A stretch of 64,000 nucleotides of DNA from Mytilus californianus (Eukaryota), in contig NW_026262667.1 of NCBI RefSeq assembly GCF_021869535.1, positions 10,602,001 to 10,666,000 of the forward strand, in the 5' to 3' direction. Shown one piece after another: positions 40,901-52,600 of this stretch. A program made the position numbers and the translations under genes. The first letter of the stretch is position 1; every line of letters begins with the position of its first letter. A model generated the notes under the pieces. It made no database searches. It worked only from the letters and a program-made list of their open reading frames with translations, and was not told the DNA's origin.

Positions 40901-43267
40901 CAAATGTCGTTCATGTATGCAACTAATAATCATACGGCCGTCAACGTAAAGCCTTGGCCCATGCCGCATAACAAGCTATATAGGGTTATAAAATGACCAG
41001 TGTAAAACAATTCAAAAGAGAAAGACTACGGCTTGATATATAAATAAAACAATAAACGAAAATGTAATAGGAACTCAGCAACAAACGAAAACCATTGCCT
41101 GAACCACATTCCCGTTACACCATCGGACTTTAGCGTGTCATACCATCGCACTTTAGGGTGATATCTGATCGCACTTAAAAAAAAAAAAACAACCATCGCA
41201 CTTTAGCGTCTGACACCATCGCACTTTAGCGTAGACCATCGTACTTTAGCGTGACCATCGCACTTTAGAGTCCTACATATATATATAACACATAATTAAT
41301 TCAAATTAACTTACTCATCATACATAACATTGTTCATGTTAACCTATAATATATGAACACCTGAAATATTTCATTATATCTCAGGTGCTACAGTAGAAGT
41401 AGAAAAAGATGAATCCGGAGTTCTGAATGGATGTATAATTATCAAATGCATCTATTTTTATACAACTGGAATTTAATCTTATTACTTGCTTCTTTAATTT
41501 ATGTATACACTCAAGATTTATTTTTAGTCGTTTTAGATATTTTAAAATTTTGTTTCTGTTTTGCATTTTACTAGAAAATTATTTTCACTCTCGAGTTTTT
41601 ACATAGCTTTTTTCAAATTCAGTATCATTTTATTCTTTTAAAATGTGCATTTACATTTAAGGACATACGATACACTTTTGATCCCACAGTGATTTTTTTA
41701 AGAAATTTGCATACAAGCTATTTTTCACCTAGTCAATTCAAATATGTTATAAAAAATATACCTTCAAGTGCTACTTTAAGAGATAAATGGGGTCGAAAAT
41801 TTTAGACATTTACTCAAAATTTCGTTTTTTTGGGCATTTCTATCCTTTGGATAGACATACCTAACTTTTTTGTTTCAAAAGATTTGATTTTGATTTTTGG
41901 TGTTTTAACGCCACTTTTAAGCACAGCTTTTGGGCTATTTTGTGTCGGCCAATTTTTATTGGTGGAGGAAGCCGGAGTGCCCAGAGAAAACCACCGACCT
42001 TCGATAGGAAAAACTGACAATCCTAGTCAATTAAGATTGGAGTCGAGTGCACCCGCAGGAGCGGGGTTCGAACTCACAACCTCAGTGTTGACTGGCTAGT
42101 GATTACAGTAGTAACTACTTAGACCACTCAGCCACCGAGGCCCCTTGTTTCAAAAGATAAACACAAACAGATTTTTGTAAAAAGATTTGGAAAATCTTCT
42201 TTACATAAGTATGCTCTAAAGATTTTTGTAAAAAGATTTGGAAAATCTTCTTTACATAAGTATGCTCTAAATTTGTATAAAAATTCTTTGGAAATAATTT
42301 CAAAGTTTCATGATTTTAGAAAAAAAAAACAGCATTTTTTGCTGTATATTTATCTTATTTTAAAAAAATTTCATCCTCAACTTTTTCATAAAAATTGGTA
42401 CAAATAATCTTCATACGTAATCAAACCTAATGTCATATTAAAAAAGAGGGGTCCATGAACTCATTTTCTAGTTAAATCAGTCTAAATGATAAAAATCAGT
42501 CGAAAAATGCATCTTTACCCGATATGTCACAGTTTGACGTCGCAAAAATAACATTTTATGTTAGCAACATCATTTCCTCCCCTGTAACTGTATCGTACGC
42601 CTTATTTTCTAATTTTATCATGTTTTCTTTACAGGGACTGTACAGTTTTTGTTCTTTAGTGACTGTGTGCATATAATTTGCAATGTTTATTATGTATTTT
42701 TAACTAATAAATACTAATTAAACATTCTCTTCACTGAATTCATAAAATCTGCAAATTACCGATAATTTTCGTGTATATTTCACGTTTTATTCCTGATCCG
42801 ATGACATATAATTATTAAACGGGATGGGGGTACGTGTAGCCTATGAATGCCAATTTGGCTACTCATCCCCGCATGCGGGGTCGCGCAGACACTGCCCTAA
42901 GTCTAAGAAAACTTGTAAGATTTCCCCTGCTATTTTTGCTATTAAAATGGGTGCTATTTGGGTACTGTGACGTTATGCATTTGCTTTACACAGTATCATA
43001 TAGTGATTAAGTTTATGTGTGAGCAAATTATGGTTGACTTTATAGAAATCTTTAGAAAAATCCTTAGTTTAGAAGTTGTTCTGAGATTACTAAAACACAT
43101 GTGTTACAGTAATCTCTGATTTGTTTTGTTTTGTTTCAACATTTTTAAGTATTCTAGCAAGTGTGTGTGTTGAGTTCTCAGGTTTTAAAATATTAGACGT
43201 TTAATGTCGTCGATATCACATCACTCTTTAATGCAAAATTAACCTCTTTTAAAGTCAATGACAGCAT
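22776..43267 (-). CDS. QRSL1: Glutamyl-tRNA(Gln) amidotransferase subunit A, mitochondrial (amidase signature family), complete 10-exon gene, 522 aa
   Basis: Exons 43244-43267, 34584-34743, 34084-34285, 33080-33283, 31117-31292, 29223-29335, 28642-28834, 27557-27674, 25694-25899, 22776-22948; 1569 nt in frame. Motifs [61 protein letters not shown] match metazoan GatA. Confidence 0.96.
25694..25899 (-). CDS. QRSL1: QRSL1 exon 9
   Basis: [16 protein letters not shown]...DVLLTPTT...FTQPVNMA; gtatgt donor. Confidence 0.96.
25912..26720 (-). repeat. ~29-bp minisatellite, about 28 copies, abutting the QRSL1 exon 9 acceptor
   Basis: ctggataaaaaacatttgtaattataaag (minus strand ...gttttttatccag). 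Confidence 0.97.
27297..27484. mobile_element. PIF/Harbinger-type (Tourist-like) MITE
   Basis: About 31-bp TIR GGGCTATTCCATTAAAATGTATGTGGGAGGG; TTA on both flanks. Confidence 0.85.
27557..27674 (-). CDS. QRSL1: QRSL1 exon 8
   Basis: [38 protein letters not shown]; gtaagt donor. Confidence 0.96.
28642..28834 (-). CDS. QRSL1: QRSL1 exon 7
   Basis: [11 protein letters not shown]...[14 protein letters not shown]; gtaagc donor. Confidence 0.96.
29223..29335 (-). CDS. QRSL1: QRSL1 exon 6
   Basis: [13 protein letters not shown]...LHIGIPK; gtagga donor. Confidence 0.94.
29760..30915. repeat. 41-bp minisatellite within an ~890-bp tandem segmental duplication
   Basis: tttgttctttgtagcttttagtaattgtgagtactcttatg; ~85-bp unique spacer present at about 29941 and 30832. 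Confidence 0.95.
31117..31292 (-). CDS. QRSL1: QRSL1 exon 5
   Basis: [44 protein letters not shown]...; gtaagt donor. Confidence 0.96.
32056..32626 (-). mobile_element. Helentron-type non-autonomous element (HINE/pearl-like)
   Basis: Terminal hairpin gtccccttcgac..gtcggtaggggac, (GACA)n microsatellite, about 3 copies of a ~180-bp core, T-rich flank. Confidence 0.7.
32830..33200 (-). repeat. Triplication (131-bp unit) of the QRSL1 exon 4 3' half and donor
   Basis: gtcacttacccaaaacaaacccctga at 32830, 32940 and 33071. Confidence 0.95.
33080..33283 (-). CDS. QRSL1: QRSL1 exon 4
   Basis: [15 protein letters not shown]...[20 protein letters not shown]; gtaagt donor. Confidence 0.95.
34084..34285 (-). 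CDS. QRSL1: QRSL1 exon 3
   Basis: [14 protein letters not shown]...[11 protein letters not shown]; gtaatc donor. Confidence 0.96.
34584..34743 (-). CDS. QRSL1: QRSL1 exon 2
   Basis: [35 protein letters not shown]...; gtaatt donor. Confidence 0.92.
35752..35890. mobile_element. MITE with CAGGGGC ends and 5-bp TSD (ATTAT)
   Basis: CAGGGGCGTAGCT / AGCAAAGCCCCTG; ATTAT at 35747-35751 and 35891-35895. Confidence 0.8.
35964..36802 (+). repeat. Dispersed repeat family; other copies at 45425-45765 (-), 27895-28290 (-), 53360-53880 (+), 40860-41100 (diverged), about 52735 (fragment)
   Basis: ataagaagatgtggtatgagtgccaatgagacaactctccatccaagtcac...cctgacttaggacaggtgc shared among copies. Confidence 0.8.
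38036..38169. mobile_element. Palindromic MITE with about 40-bp perfect TIR
   Basis: tatatcatgcttacaaggggtatttgccaaaaataccgg ... ccggtatttttggcaaataccccttgtaagcatgatata. Confidence 0.8.
40208..41277. mobile_element. Foldback-type element with TGTAGGAC ends and subterminal arrays of (acgc)taaagtgcgatgg
   Basis: tgtaggactctaaagtgcgatgg... mirrored by ...ccatcgcactttagagtcctaca; TA-rich flanks. Confidence 0.8.
41657..42603. mobile_element. Kolobok-like non-autonomous DNA transposon containing a nested SINE
   Basis: ttaaGGACATACGATACA ... TGTATCGTACGCCttat; imperfect TIRs; TTAA on the left, TTAT on the right. Confidence 0.6.
41881..42144 (-). mobile_element. tRNA-derived SINE with a V/Meta-like central domain
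   Basis: A box TGGCTGAGTGG, B box GTTCGAACC, core ttctctgggcactccggcttcctccacca, aaatc-repeat tail. Confidence 0.8.
43244..43267 (-). CDS. QRSL1: QRSL1 exon 1 (24-nt micro-exon, MLSLTLKE)
   Basis: ATG CTG TCA TTG ACT TTA AAA GAG|gttaat; resembles the human N-terminus MLGRSLRE and joins exon 2 in phase 0. Confidence 0.85.
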
Positions 43268-43507
43268 TTCGATTTACAAAAGTTCCTCTAGCTAAAATTT
43301 GTAGGGTTGTCTCCCATCTGGCTGGATGTGACTAATGGGAGACAACTCTTTTTTCTCGTGAACCCAGAAGTAAAATTCAGTGACCCATAAAATCTGTTTT
43401 GAGTTTCGTTTGTTTAATGTTTGACAGTAAATCTTACAATATCCAGAGGGCTGCAATTCAGATGTAGATGTAATAACTCTTAGTCGTTGTAAAATATAGT
43501 GATTAGA
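43268..43507. promoter_or_regulatory. Probable bidirectional promoter shared by QRSL1 and kinase B
   Basis: Divergent ATGs 240 bp apart; contains a perfect 12-bp inverted repeat GTTGTCTCCCAT (43306-43317) / ATGGGAGACAAC (43335-43346). Confidence 0.7.
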
Positions 43508-43615
43508 ATGGCCGCTGCGGCAGGTCCGATAGAGTTTGAGTTGGAGAAGACTCTTGGAGAAGGGGCTTTTGGGAAAGTATTTTTATGTTGTGACAAAACA
43601 GATAAATCACAAAAG
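43508..43615 (+). CDS. kinase B exon 1
   Basis: MAAAAGPIEFELEKTLGEGAFGKVFLCCDKTDKSQK; gtacat donor. Confidence 0.9.
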
Positions 43616-46600
43616 GTACATTATTTTACAGATTTTTTGTATTCTAATTAGATAAATTGGTTAACAAGCAGTAGATTTAGTAGTTATATTTCACATTATC
43701 TACCTACTTTCTTTTTCACATACAAATGCACTGGGAACAAAAGTGAAAGTAGATAAACTTGATGTCCAGTGTTGGCTTGCATATAATATAGTGTTATTAA
43801 CTGGCTGTTTCTGTATTGGCCCTGTTATAGATTCGAGGTTAGCTGTATTGGACCGAGACTCGAAGAGTCGAGGGCCAATACAGCTGATTGAGAATCTATA
43901 ACAGGGCCAATACAGAAACAGTCAGTTCATAACACTTTTATTAAATGATTTTAATTCTTTTAATTAGAATAAACTAAGAAACTTAAGAAGATACAGAATT
44001 TCATATCTGAACTTGTCTTTTCGCATTCACGTCCATGGATTTTTTGTCAATATTGTCAGATGTAATTTCTGATTTCTCGTCCAAGTACTTAATATTATGC
44101 TATTACAATTCATTTTATCTAGCAAATATTAAGTAGCTGGGAAGAATAGTTCAGACAGTTTAACTATTCTGCGTTCTGATGCTTGGTCAACGGAAATGAA
44201 ACATTGTCAATTATCGAAAGTCGTACTCGAAAAGGCTGTGAAATTTTTCTGTTTCAAGACTTCGAGACGTTACAAAACACTGAACATCATTTGAATTTTT
44301 TATTTTATGATTTTTAAGTTAAAAAAATATAATACAAATGTTTTTTATGCATAACGATACGTCCAAAGTTTAGTAAGGCATAAGAAAATTGAAACCGGAA
44401 GTGAACGTCCCGTATTAGCCCATGGGCCAATACGGCTTTTTTACCGTATTGGCCCTGTCCGAAAAGCAATATTAACTCTTGATTTATATCGACAGGGCGA
44501 CGTCATCAGTATTGCACATGCTGATTTATCCGTATTAGGGCTGATTTGCTCATATCATTTAATAATATATGGTACACATCTGCAAAAGAACAGGAGAAGT
44601 TGGTTTACCCTTGACCTGGTGCGGATTCAGACAGCAGTGCACCAGGTTAAATGACAGCTAATATATTGTGTGAAAATAAAGTCATATGATTTTCAGGTAG
44701 TGCTCCCATTAACATCAGATTATGGATTCTGTTTTGTCCTCCATCTATCCCAAAGTCTGCATTAATTAAACTGTTCATTAAAAACTGAATACCATTCAGG
44801 ACGAAATATAGTACATTTTTTACATGAATTAAGTGTCATACATCCGAAGACTGCTAAGTGTTAAGATTTCTTTTAACATAATTAGAACAAAAATGTAATA
44901 TATTTTTTTACATGAATTTAGTTGTATAAATTAAAGAGAGATATATATGTCAAACTTATCAACCTTGAATCAAATATTACAGTGAGTGACATTAAACATT
45001 CTAGGTAAAAGTCATGGTCACAAAACAACATGCAAGTGTATGAAGAGATGACTAGGATAATAGAGTTGAAGGGAATAAGGATAAAACACAGAAATCACAT
45101 AATTTTTAGTATATTGTAGTCATTTCTCTTAGCACTCTCACCTTCACCCCCAGTTAGAACAGTAGTATGAAATTGTGGATATCATTGTTATAATGTTATG
45201 TATGATGTAATGGTACTTGTATATTACAGAATATATCAGTCATACAAAACAATTCTTTAAAAGATGTCTGATTGTATAATTTTTTGACAACATCTTTTGT
45301 ACTGTATTTTTTGTCACCATTCCTAATGTTAAAAAAAAGATTTTACCATGTTTTTCCAAATTTACTACAATAAAATTTTTTACTAGACATATATCTTTCT
45401 ATGTTGTGATGTTACACTATTGTTTCAGAAAAAGGGTGAAGGTTTGGTACCATTAAAATGTTTAAACCCGCTGCATTTGTTTGCACCTGTCCCAAGTCAG
45501 GAATCTGATGTTCAGTAGTTGTCGTTTGTTGATGTGGTTCATAAGTGTTTCTCGTTTCTCGTTTTTTATATAGATTAGTCCATTGGTTTTTCCGTTTGAA
45601 TGGTTTTACACTAGTAATTTTTGGGGCCCTTTATAGCTTACTGTTCGGTGTGAGCCAAGGCTCCGTGTTGAAGACCGTACTGTGACCTGTAATGGTTTAC
45701 TTTTATAAATTTTGACTTGGATGGAGAGTTGTCTCATTGGCACTCATACCACATCTTCTTATATCTATATATAACTGCTGAATCTTCTATCTTTCGTTTT
45801 TGAATGCAAACTTAATCTATTGGTTTGGTGAATAGACAGAATTAATTACAGGTAGGACAATATGAACAGTATTCAATATTTGAGACTTGGAGGTCATTAT
45901 TGATATTTGGTTTTATGATTTTTCCACATTTTAGTGATTTTGATAGTGCCTTTTCAATAACTTCACATGTCCCAAATGTTGGGTCACCACATTTTGCGCA
46001 ATATTTGAATTGTCTAATAAATTTAGCTTTAGTCAGCAATATATTTCAATTTGGTGTTGGACAACTTGAGATTATTTCACTAGTATTTTCATATTTGTTC
46101 ATGTTGTTGACTGTTTCAGTGAAGGAAACAGTCGTTTTTGCTGAGCTGTAATTGTTGTGATTGCAGTTGCAATGAATTAATAAGAAAAAAGGGAGGGTAA
46201 TGTTATGCTCCACTATTCCATCTCTAACTTGTTATTCTTAAATTTGAAATTTTTTGCATGATGAATTCCAGTTTTCATAAGATATTTAAGATAGTCTTAC
46301 CATTTTGATATGATTCTAGTTCTTTTGTTCCTTAAGGTAGCTGGGGTGTTTTCCTCCATCTTGGATTTTGAAATAGCAGATAACAATCGGTGTAGATCTT
46401 TAATGAAATGTGCAAATTTCAAGAGTAGTATGTAATTCATGTGTAAGACTTTTCATGTTAATATAGAAAATTTTGTGTTTTATCATATTACGGCTGTATT
46501 TTAAAAAAAACAAAATATTTTTGTTTGATTCATTTTTTTCCAACTTTGCCATATAAGGGGAGATAACTCAGATAAAGTAACTTTTATAACAGAATGTGTT

Positions 46601-49600
46601 TTGAATTTACCTATTTTATAAAGTAGCAAGAAAACGAGTCTGGTGACCCCATTTTTTCTTTTTCTTATCTGAAAGAATATTATTAGAGCTATCCTTTTCA
46701 TATTTTATCTTAAAATTCTATGGTGTAGTTTCTTTTTATCACACAAAATTGGGTTTTCCATGCATAATCTATACAAAATCTGCCAATTTTGCACAACCTG
46801 TAGCGTGAAAAAAAGCCCAGTGACCCATACTTTTTATTATATTTTTGAAAAAAGCATGATATAAGCTACATTTTGACAAGTTATTAAAAAAATTCTATGG
46901 ATTTTAATTTAGACCCCCCCCCCCTCAATCTACCTTAAGATGAACTGAAGTCCAAATGTTGAGGTGTATAAGTTGGTTTGTCAGTATAAATCTGTAACAT
47001 TTGCATGATCTTTTCATTGCATTATCAAGGAATGGGAGTTAAGACTGCTTTTATCTGTGATGGCATATTGAGTAATTAGGGGATGGCTGAGCACTCACAA
47101 AATAAATTTAACTCACCTCTAGATTAATGTGTCTGTCATAATCAGTTGTTCAATCACTTTTTTTTCATGTAAAATGTTGATGCTGATGGCTGCTTTTCAA
47201 TAAGGTAATATTAATTCACAACTACCGGGTAGGCTTGTGGCATTTTATTCCTATTTTCTATGGCCACTTGTCCATCATAAGACTGTATGTGGATTGTATA
47301 TTTCATTATTGGTGTTATTATTGTTGATGTTTAAATAATTACTTGCTAAAACAGATTTAATTTTACTGGTTACAGGTCTGTGGCTACTTCTATAAAGTTG
47401 GAGTGTTCTCCCAAGGGCATTATATTACCATAGTATAAACATGCTCTATTTTTCATCATGGTGCATAGTATCTTAAATGTAATAATAGAATGTATTATTA
47501 ATGTGGTGCTATTATTTTTGGGAAACTGCTTTTTATACGCCTGTTTACGGGACGTATTAAGGTATACCGTTTTCCGTCCGTATGACCGTCCGTCTGTCTG
47601 TCCGTCGGTCCGTTGTCAACATGTCAGACAATAACTCAAAAACACTTTAACCAATTTGCATGTAACTTTGGAGAATTGTTTATATCTATTGACGTGAGCT
47701 CCCTTTCGATTTTTATAAATTTAGGATTTTTCGTTTCCGAGTTATTGGGTTTTATTCATTAAAAAAGGGGGATTAACCAGTTTTCGGACAATAACTCATA
47801 AATGCTTTGAGCAGTTTTCATGAAACTTTGGTGAATTGTTTATATCTATTGACGTGAGCTCCCTTTCGATTTTTGTTCAAATTTGATGGTGCTATTTGAA
47901 AATAATGATGAGAGCACTACGTTTGTGACTGTTTCATCTGATAGTACAGATACAATGTGAATGTGTATTATTTGTGGGCTACTTGTTTATATACACATTC
48001 TTGAAACCTGCTTGGAACCAGTGGATTGCAGTCTCCTAAACCCTGTTTTTGTAAAGGCTTAGAAACAATCACATGTCATATGGCAAAATGTTCAGTACCG
48101 GTACTTCATTCTTGAGATTTGTATCACATGACCTGCCCTTTTAAATCAATAAGGTCTGTGACTGAGTGGTCTAAGTAGTCCAACTACTGTATCACTAGCC
48201 TTTCAACACTGAGGTTGTGAGTTCAAATCCCACAAGTGGCAGGTGCGTTCAACTCCAATCCTAATTGAATAGGATTGTCAGTTTTCCTATAAGTGGTCGA
48301 TGGTTCTCTCGGGGCACTATGGCTTCCTCCACCAATAAAAACTGGCCACCACAATATAGCCAACAGTGCTAAAAGTGTCATTAAACACCAACCAATCAAT
48401 CAATTTAAATCAATACCGTATTTAGCCGTGTATAGTACGCGGTTGTGTATAATACACACATCCCTCCAAAATCGTGAGAAATTTAAAAAAAAAAAAAAGT
48501 ATAAAAGTATAAAAATCCCTTTTGAAATCAATGTTTGTCTAAGCTTGTCCAAGCTGATGCTCTGTTCAGATATTCAAAAAAAAAGGTAATAATTAGAATG
48601 TTATGAAACAAAAGAAATTAGACCTCGAACATTTTCAAAGTTGATTAGCAGTAATTAAAATTTGATGACTCTTTAATCCAATATTTCCTTTTCATTGATC
48701 ATGTTGTTTTAGAGCACTGCCTAAGCTTATTATATTGAACACCTGTCAAAAGTTGACATGATTATTCAATGGCTACACACCCATACTTAATCCTTAATTA
48801 CATTTTAAGCTCACTCATGCAGGATGTCACACCAATACTTGTGTATTCAAAAAAGAAGGAAAACAAACTTTTTAAAATTACAAATAAAGAAGGATGTCAC
48901 ACCAGTACTTGTGTATTCAAAAAAGAAGAAAAACAAACTTTTTTAAATTACAAATAAAGAAAGAAAATAAAAAACATCTGGAACATATACAATAATGAAG
49001 AAAAAAACGTTATTAATAAAAAAAATAAAAAATCATCTATATTTGTGTATAATACACACCCCCTTTACCAAATTCTTTTGGGGGTAAAAAGGTGCATACT
49101 ATACACACCTAAAGACGGTAACCTCCCTTGGTTAACGGTTGAAAGTTATGAAATATTTATTAGATTTACTTATAATCAAGTTTATTTCTTCCTGGTTGTA
49201 AAACTAATATTAGAAAACTTCCTTGTGGAGATAATTACAAACATTTGGGAAATTCTGAGAAAATGTTCAAAATTGGAATGTTTATATGTTGCAACTCTGT
49301 AAATATAGACGAAGCAATTTCCCATAGGAACTCCCTTTACGGCTAAAACTGTACCACTTTTACTATGAAGTTTCGTAAAAAATTACATCCTAGAATGGAA
49401 TGCTCATATGCACTACTATTTTTTTAAAAGGTCAAAATATAGGGCTGTGCGGCATATTTTCAAAAGATTTTAAACTTATACTAAAATTCTGTACTACCCC
49501 TCCCTTCCCTTCCACAGATTTCAATTTGACCGCTATGCATGTGTATAGTTACTGGTAACATTCCCAAGTTATGGCTCTACGAAATGAAACATAGAGATCA

Positions 49601-52600
49601 TATCTGGGAACCAGCAGGTAAACAAAACAAAATATCTATGAATATTATATGTCTCCCCAAAAGTGGCGTGGTTTGTAAATCAGCTGTATTTACAAAGTGC
49701 AACCTATAGGATGAGAAACATGAAAGGTTTTAAAAGATTTTGGTTAAGAAGTTAAGAAAACAGAGATATGAGATAAAAGTTATTTACTTTAAAAATTCAA
49801 CCTCAAAGATGTTTTTCCTTATGCAAACAAATAATGAACAATCTGGCATTTATGAAACGTGTGTCTGACATTTATGTAGATGAAACGTGTGTCTGACATT
49901 CATGTAGATGAAACGTGTGTCTGACATTCATGTAGATGAAACGTGTGTCTGACATTCATGTAGATGAAACGTGTGTCTGACATTCATGTAGATGAAAGGT
50001 GTGTCTGACATTCATGTAGATGAAAGGTGTGTCTGACATTCATGTAGATGAAAGGTGTGTCTGACATTCATGTAGATGAAATGTGTGTCTGACATTCATG
50101 TAGATGAAACATGTGTCTGACATTCATGTAGATGAAACATGTGTCTGACATTCATGTAGATGAAATGTGTGTCTGACAATCTATTTATAACCCCAGTACA
50201 TGTATCTTTGATGTGTTTTGTATCTGTATTAGTACTTTGATCTTGCAATTTTACAAATTTTGGTTTATTTAATTAAGCAATTATACAAAGGTTACACCTC
50301 AGTTTTTAAAACTAAAAAGGCTGAAAGTTTTTGAAGTTGACAATCTTAAGTCGTACACTTACAGAAGGAAAGAAATGTGTAGAGTTCAACTCTATTATGG
50401 GGATAAATTGCTGATAAGACATACGAATGGGAATATTTCCTCTTTTAAATTTTTTAGGCATTTATAATCCTATTAAAATGGCTGTTGTCAAAATATAGTA
50501 AATATGACTGCTTTGCAAATTTTGCCATATGTGATACTTATTGTTAACACAAATGTATGTTACACTTATTGTTGACACACATGTACTTGACACTTATTGT
50601 TGACATATGTAACTGACACTTATTGTTGACACACATGTACTTGACACTTATTGTTGACATATGTAACTGACACTTATTGTTGACACACATGTACTTGACA
50701 CTTATTGTTAACACAAATGTATGTTACACTTATTGTTGACACACATGTACATGACACTTATTGTTGACATATGTAACTGACACTTATTGTTGACACACAT
50801 GTACATGACACTTATTGTTGACATATGTAACTGACACTTATTGTTGACACACATGTACATGACACTTATTGTTGACATATGTAACTGACACTTATTGTTG
50901 ACACACATATGTTTGAATCTTAGTACCAATGTTTTTGAGCACCACAGTTATATTTTTGATTGATAGAGACTTCATATCACTGGTATATTTCAAATTTCTT
51001 ACTCCAACTCAAGGGTTATATAGAAAATGGCAGATATCTGTAAGATTTATTAATACTACTGTTCATTTCTTAGTTTTTAATACCTTTTTGTCCTGTGTGA
51101 AAAGTCAGGGTATATATTTGGTTTGGTGTCTTCACTTTATTTTTCCTTCCATCTGCAACATGTATTTGACTTATAAATAGCTACCAATCAAATGTTTGGT
51201 TAATGGTATATTTGTGGCAAATTACTATACTGCAAATTATCAGTACATGACAAAAAAATGATGTTTGATGTTCAAGCATAATAAGAAAAATATTTTTATT
51301 TTCAGTATGCTATGAAAGTAATTGATTTGAGTAAGTCTCCTCAAGAAGAGCGAGAAGCTGCTGAAAGAGAGGCCAGATTGCTGTCTGATTTTAAACATGA
51401 AAATATCATAGCTTATATAGATTCATTCCAAGAAAAGGGTGCTTTGTGTATCGTTACTGAATTTTGTGACGGTGGAGATTTGTCAGAATTTATTGAAAAA
51501 CGAGGTGGAAGGCCATTTAACGAAGATCAAATTGTAAATTGGTTCAGACAGATTTGTAGTGGCTTGCAGGTAAGCATCCACTTAGATTTGTAAATTGGTT
51601 CAGACAGATTTGTAGTGGCTTGCAGGTAAGCATCCACTTAGATTTGTAAATTGGTTCAGACAGATTTGTAGTGGCTTACAGGTAAGCATCCACTTAGATT
51701 TGTAAATTGGTTCAGACAGATTTGTAGTGGCTTGCAGGTAAGCATCCACTTAGATTTGTAAATTGGTTCAGACAGATTTGTAGTGGCTTACAGGTAAGCA
51801 TCCACTTAGATTTGTAAATTGGTTCAGACAGATTTGTAGTGTAGTGGCTTACAGGTAAGCATCCACTTAGATTTGTAAATTGGTTCAGACAGATTTGTAG
51901 TGGCTTACAGGTAAGCATCGACTTAGATTCTTCTAGGAAAAATAGAATGTGAAAAAAAATCAGTATTTGAAAGTTATTTTATGGTTCAGATATTTTAGTT
52001 GAATAAAGAAACAGTGAACAATTATAAAATAAATTTAAAAAATGCTAGCAGATACTCATTTTTTGGTAACTGATGGGTTGTTTTCTCATTGTCAATCATA
52101 GCAAATCTCCATATTTTTATATACATACCACATTGATTTATTGTTTTTAACATATACCTTGATATATATCCCATATACATTTTTTATTCATTTGTATGAG
52201 AAAATAAATGTACAAACAAAGATAAACAGGACTTGATCCATTATAGCTGACTTGGTACAGGCAAGTAATATATGTGGTTAAACCAGTTTTTAGTGCAAAA
52301 AAACCTCCCCTTTGACAATCTAAACATATTTTTTTTTTATTGCTCTCAATATGGATTTTAATTATGTCCTTCACCAGTAAAGATTGTCAAAATGCACAAA
52401 TTACATTATTTTGTTGTTGTTGTTTGTTTTTCAGTATCTTCATGGTAGAAATTGTTTACATAGAGACATAAAGACACAGAATGTTTTCTTGACAGGACCA
52501 AAGAAAATTGCAAAGTTAGGCGATTTAGGATTAGCAAAGTATGTTTTTTAACATTATACATATGACATGTTTTATAAAATTTGTTAAAATATATTGTGCC

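Noticed and set aside
41881-48404. tRNA genes suggested by A and B boxes at about 42100 and 48200 (also about 1270)
   Set aside because: No complete cloverleaf; each continues into a SINE body and tail.
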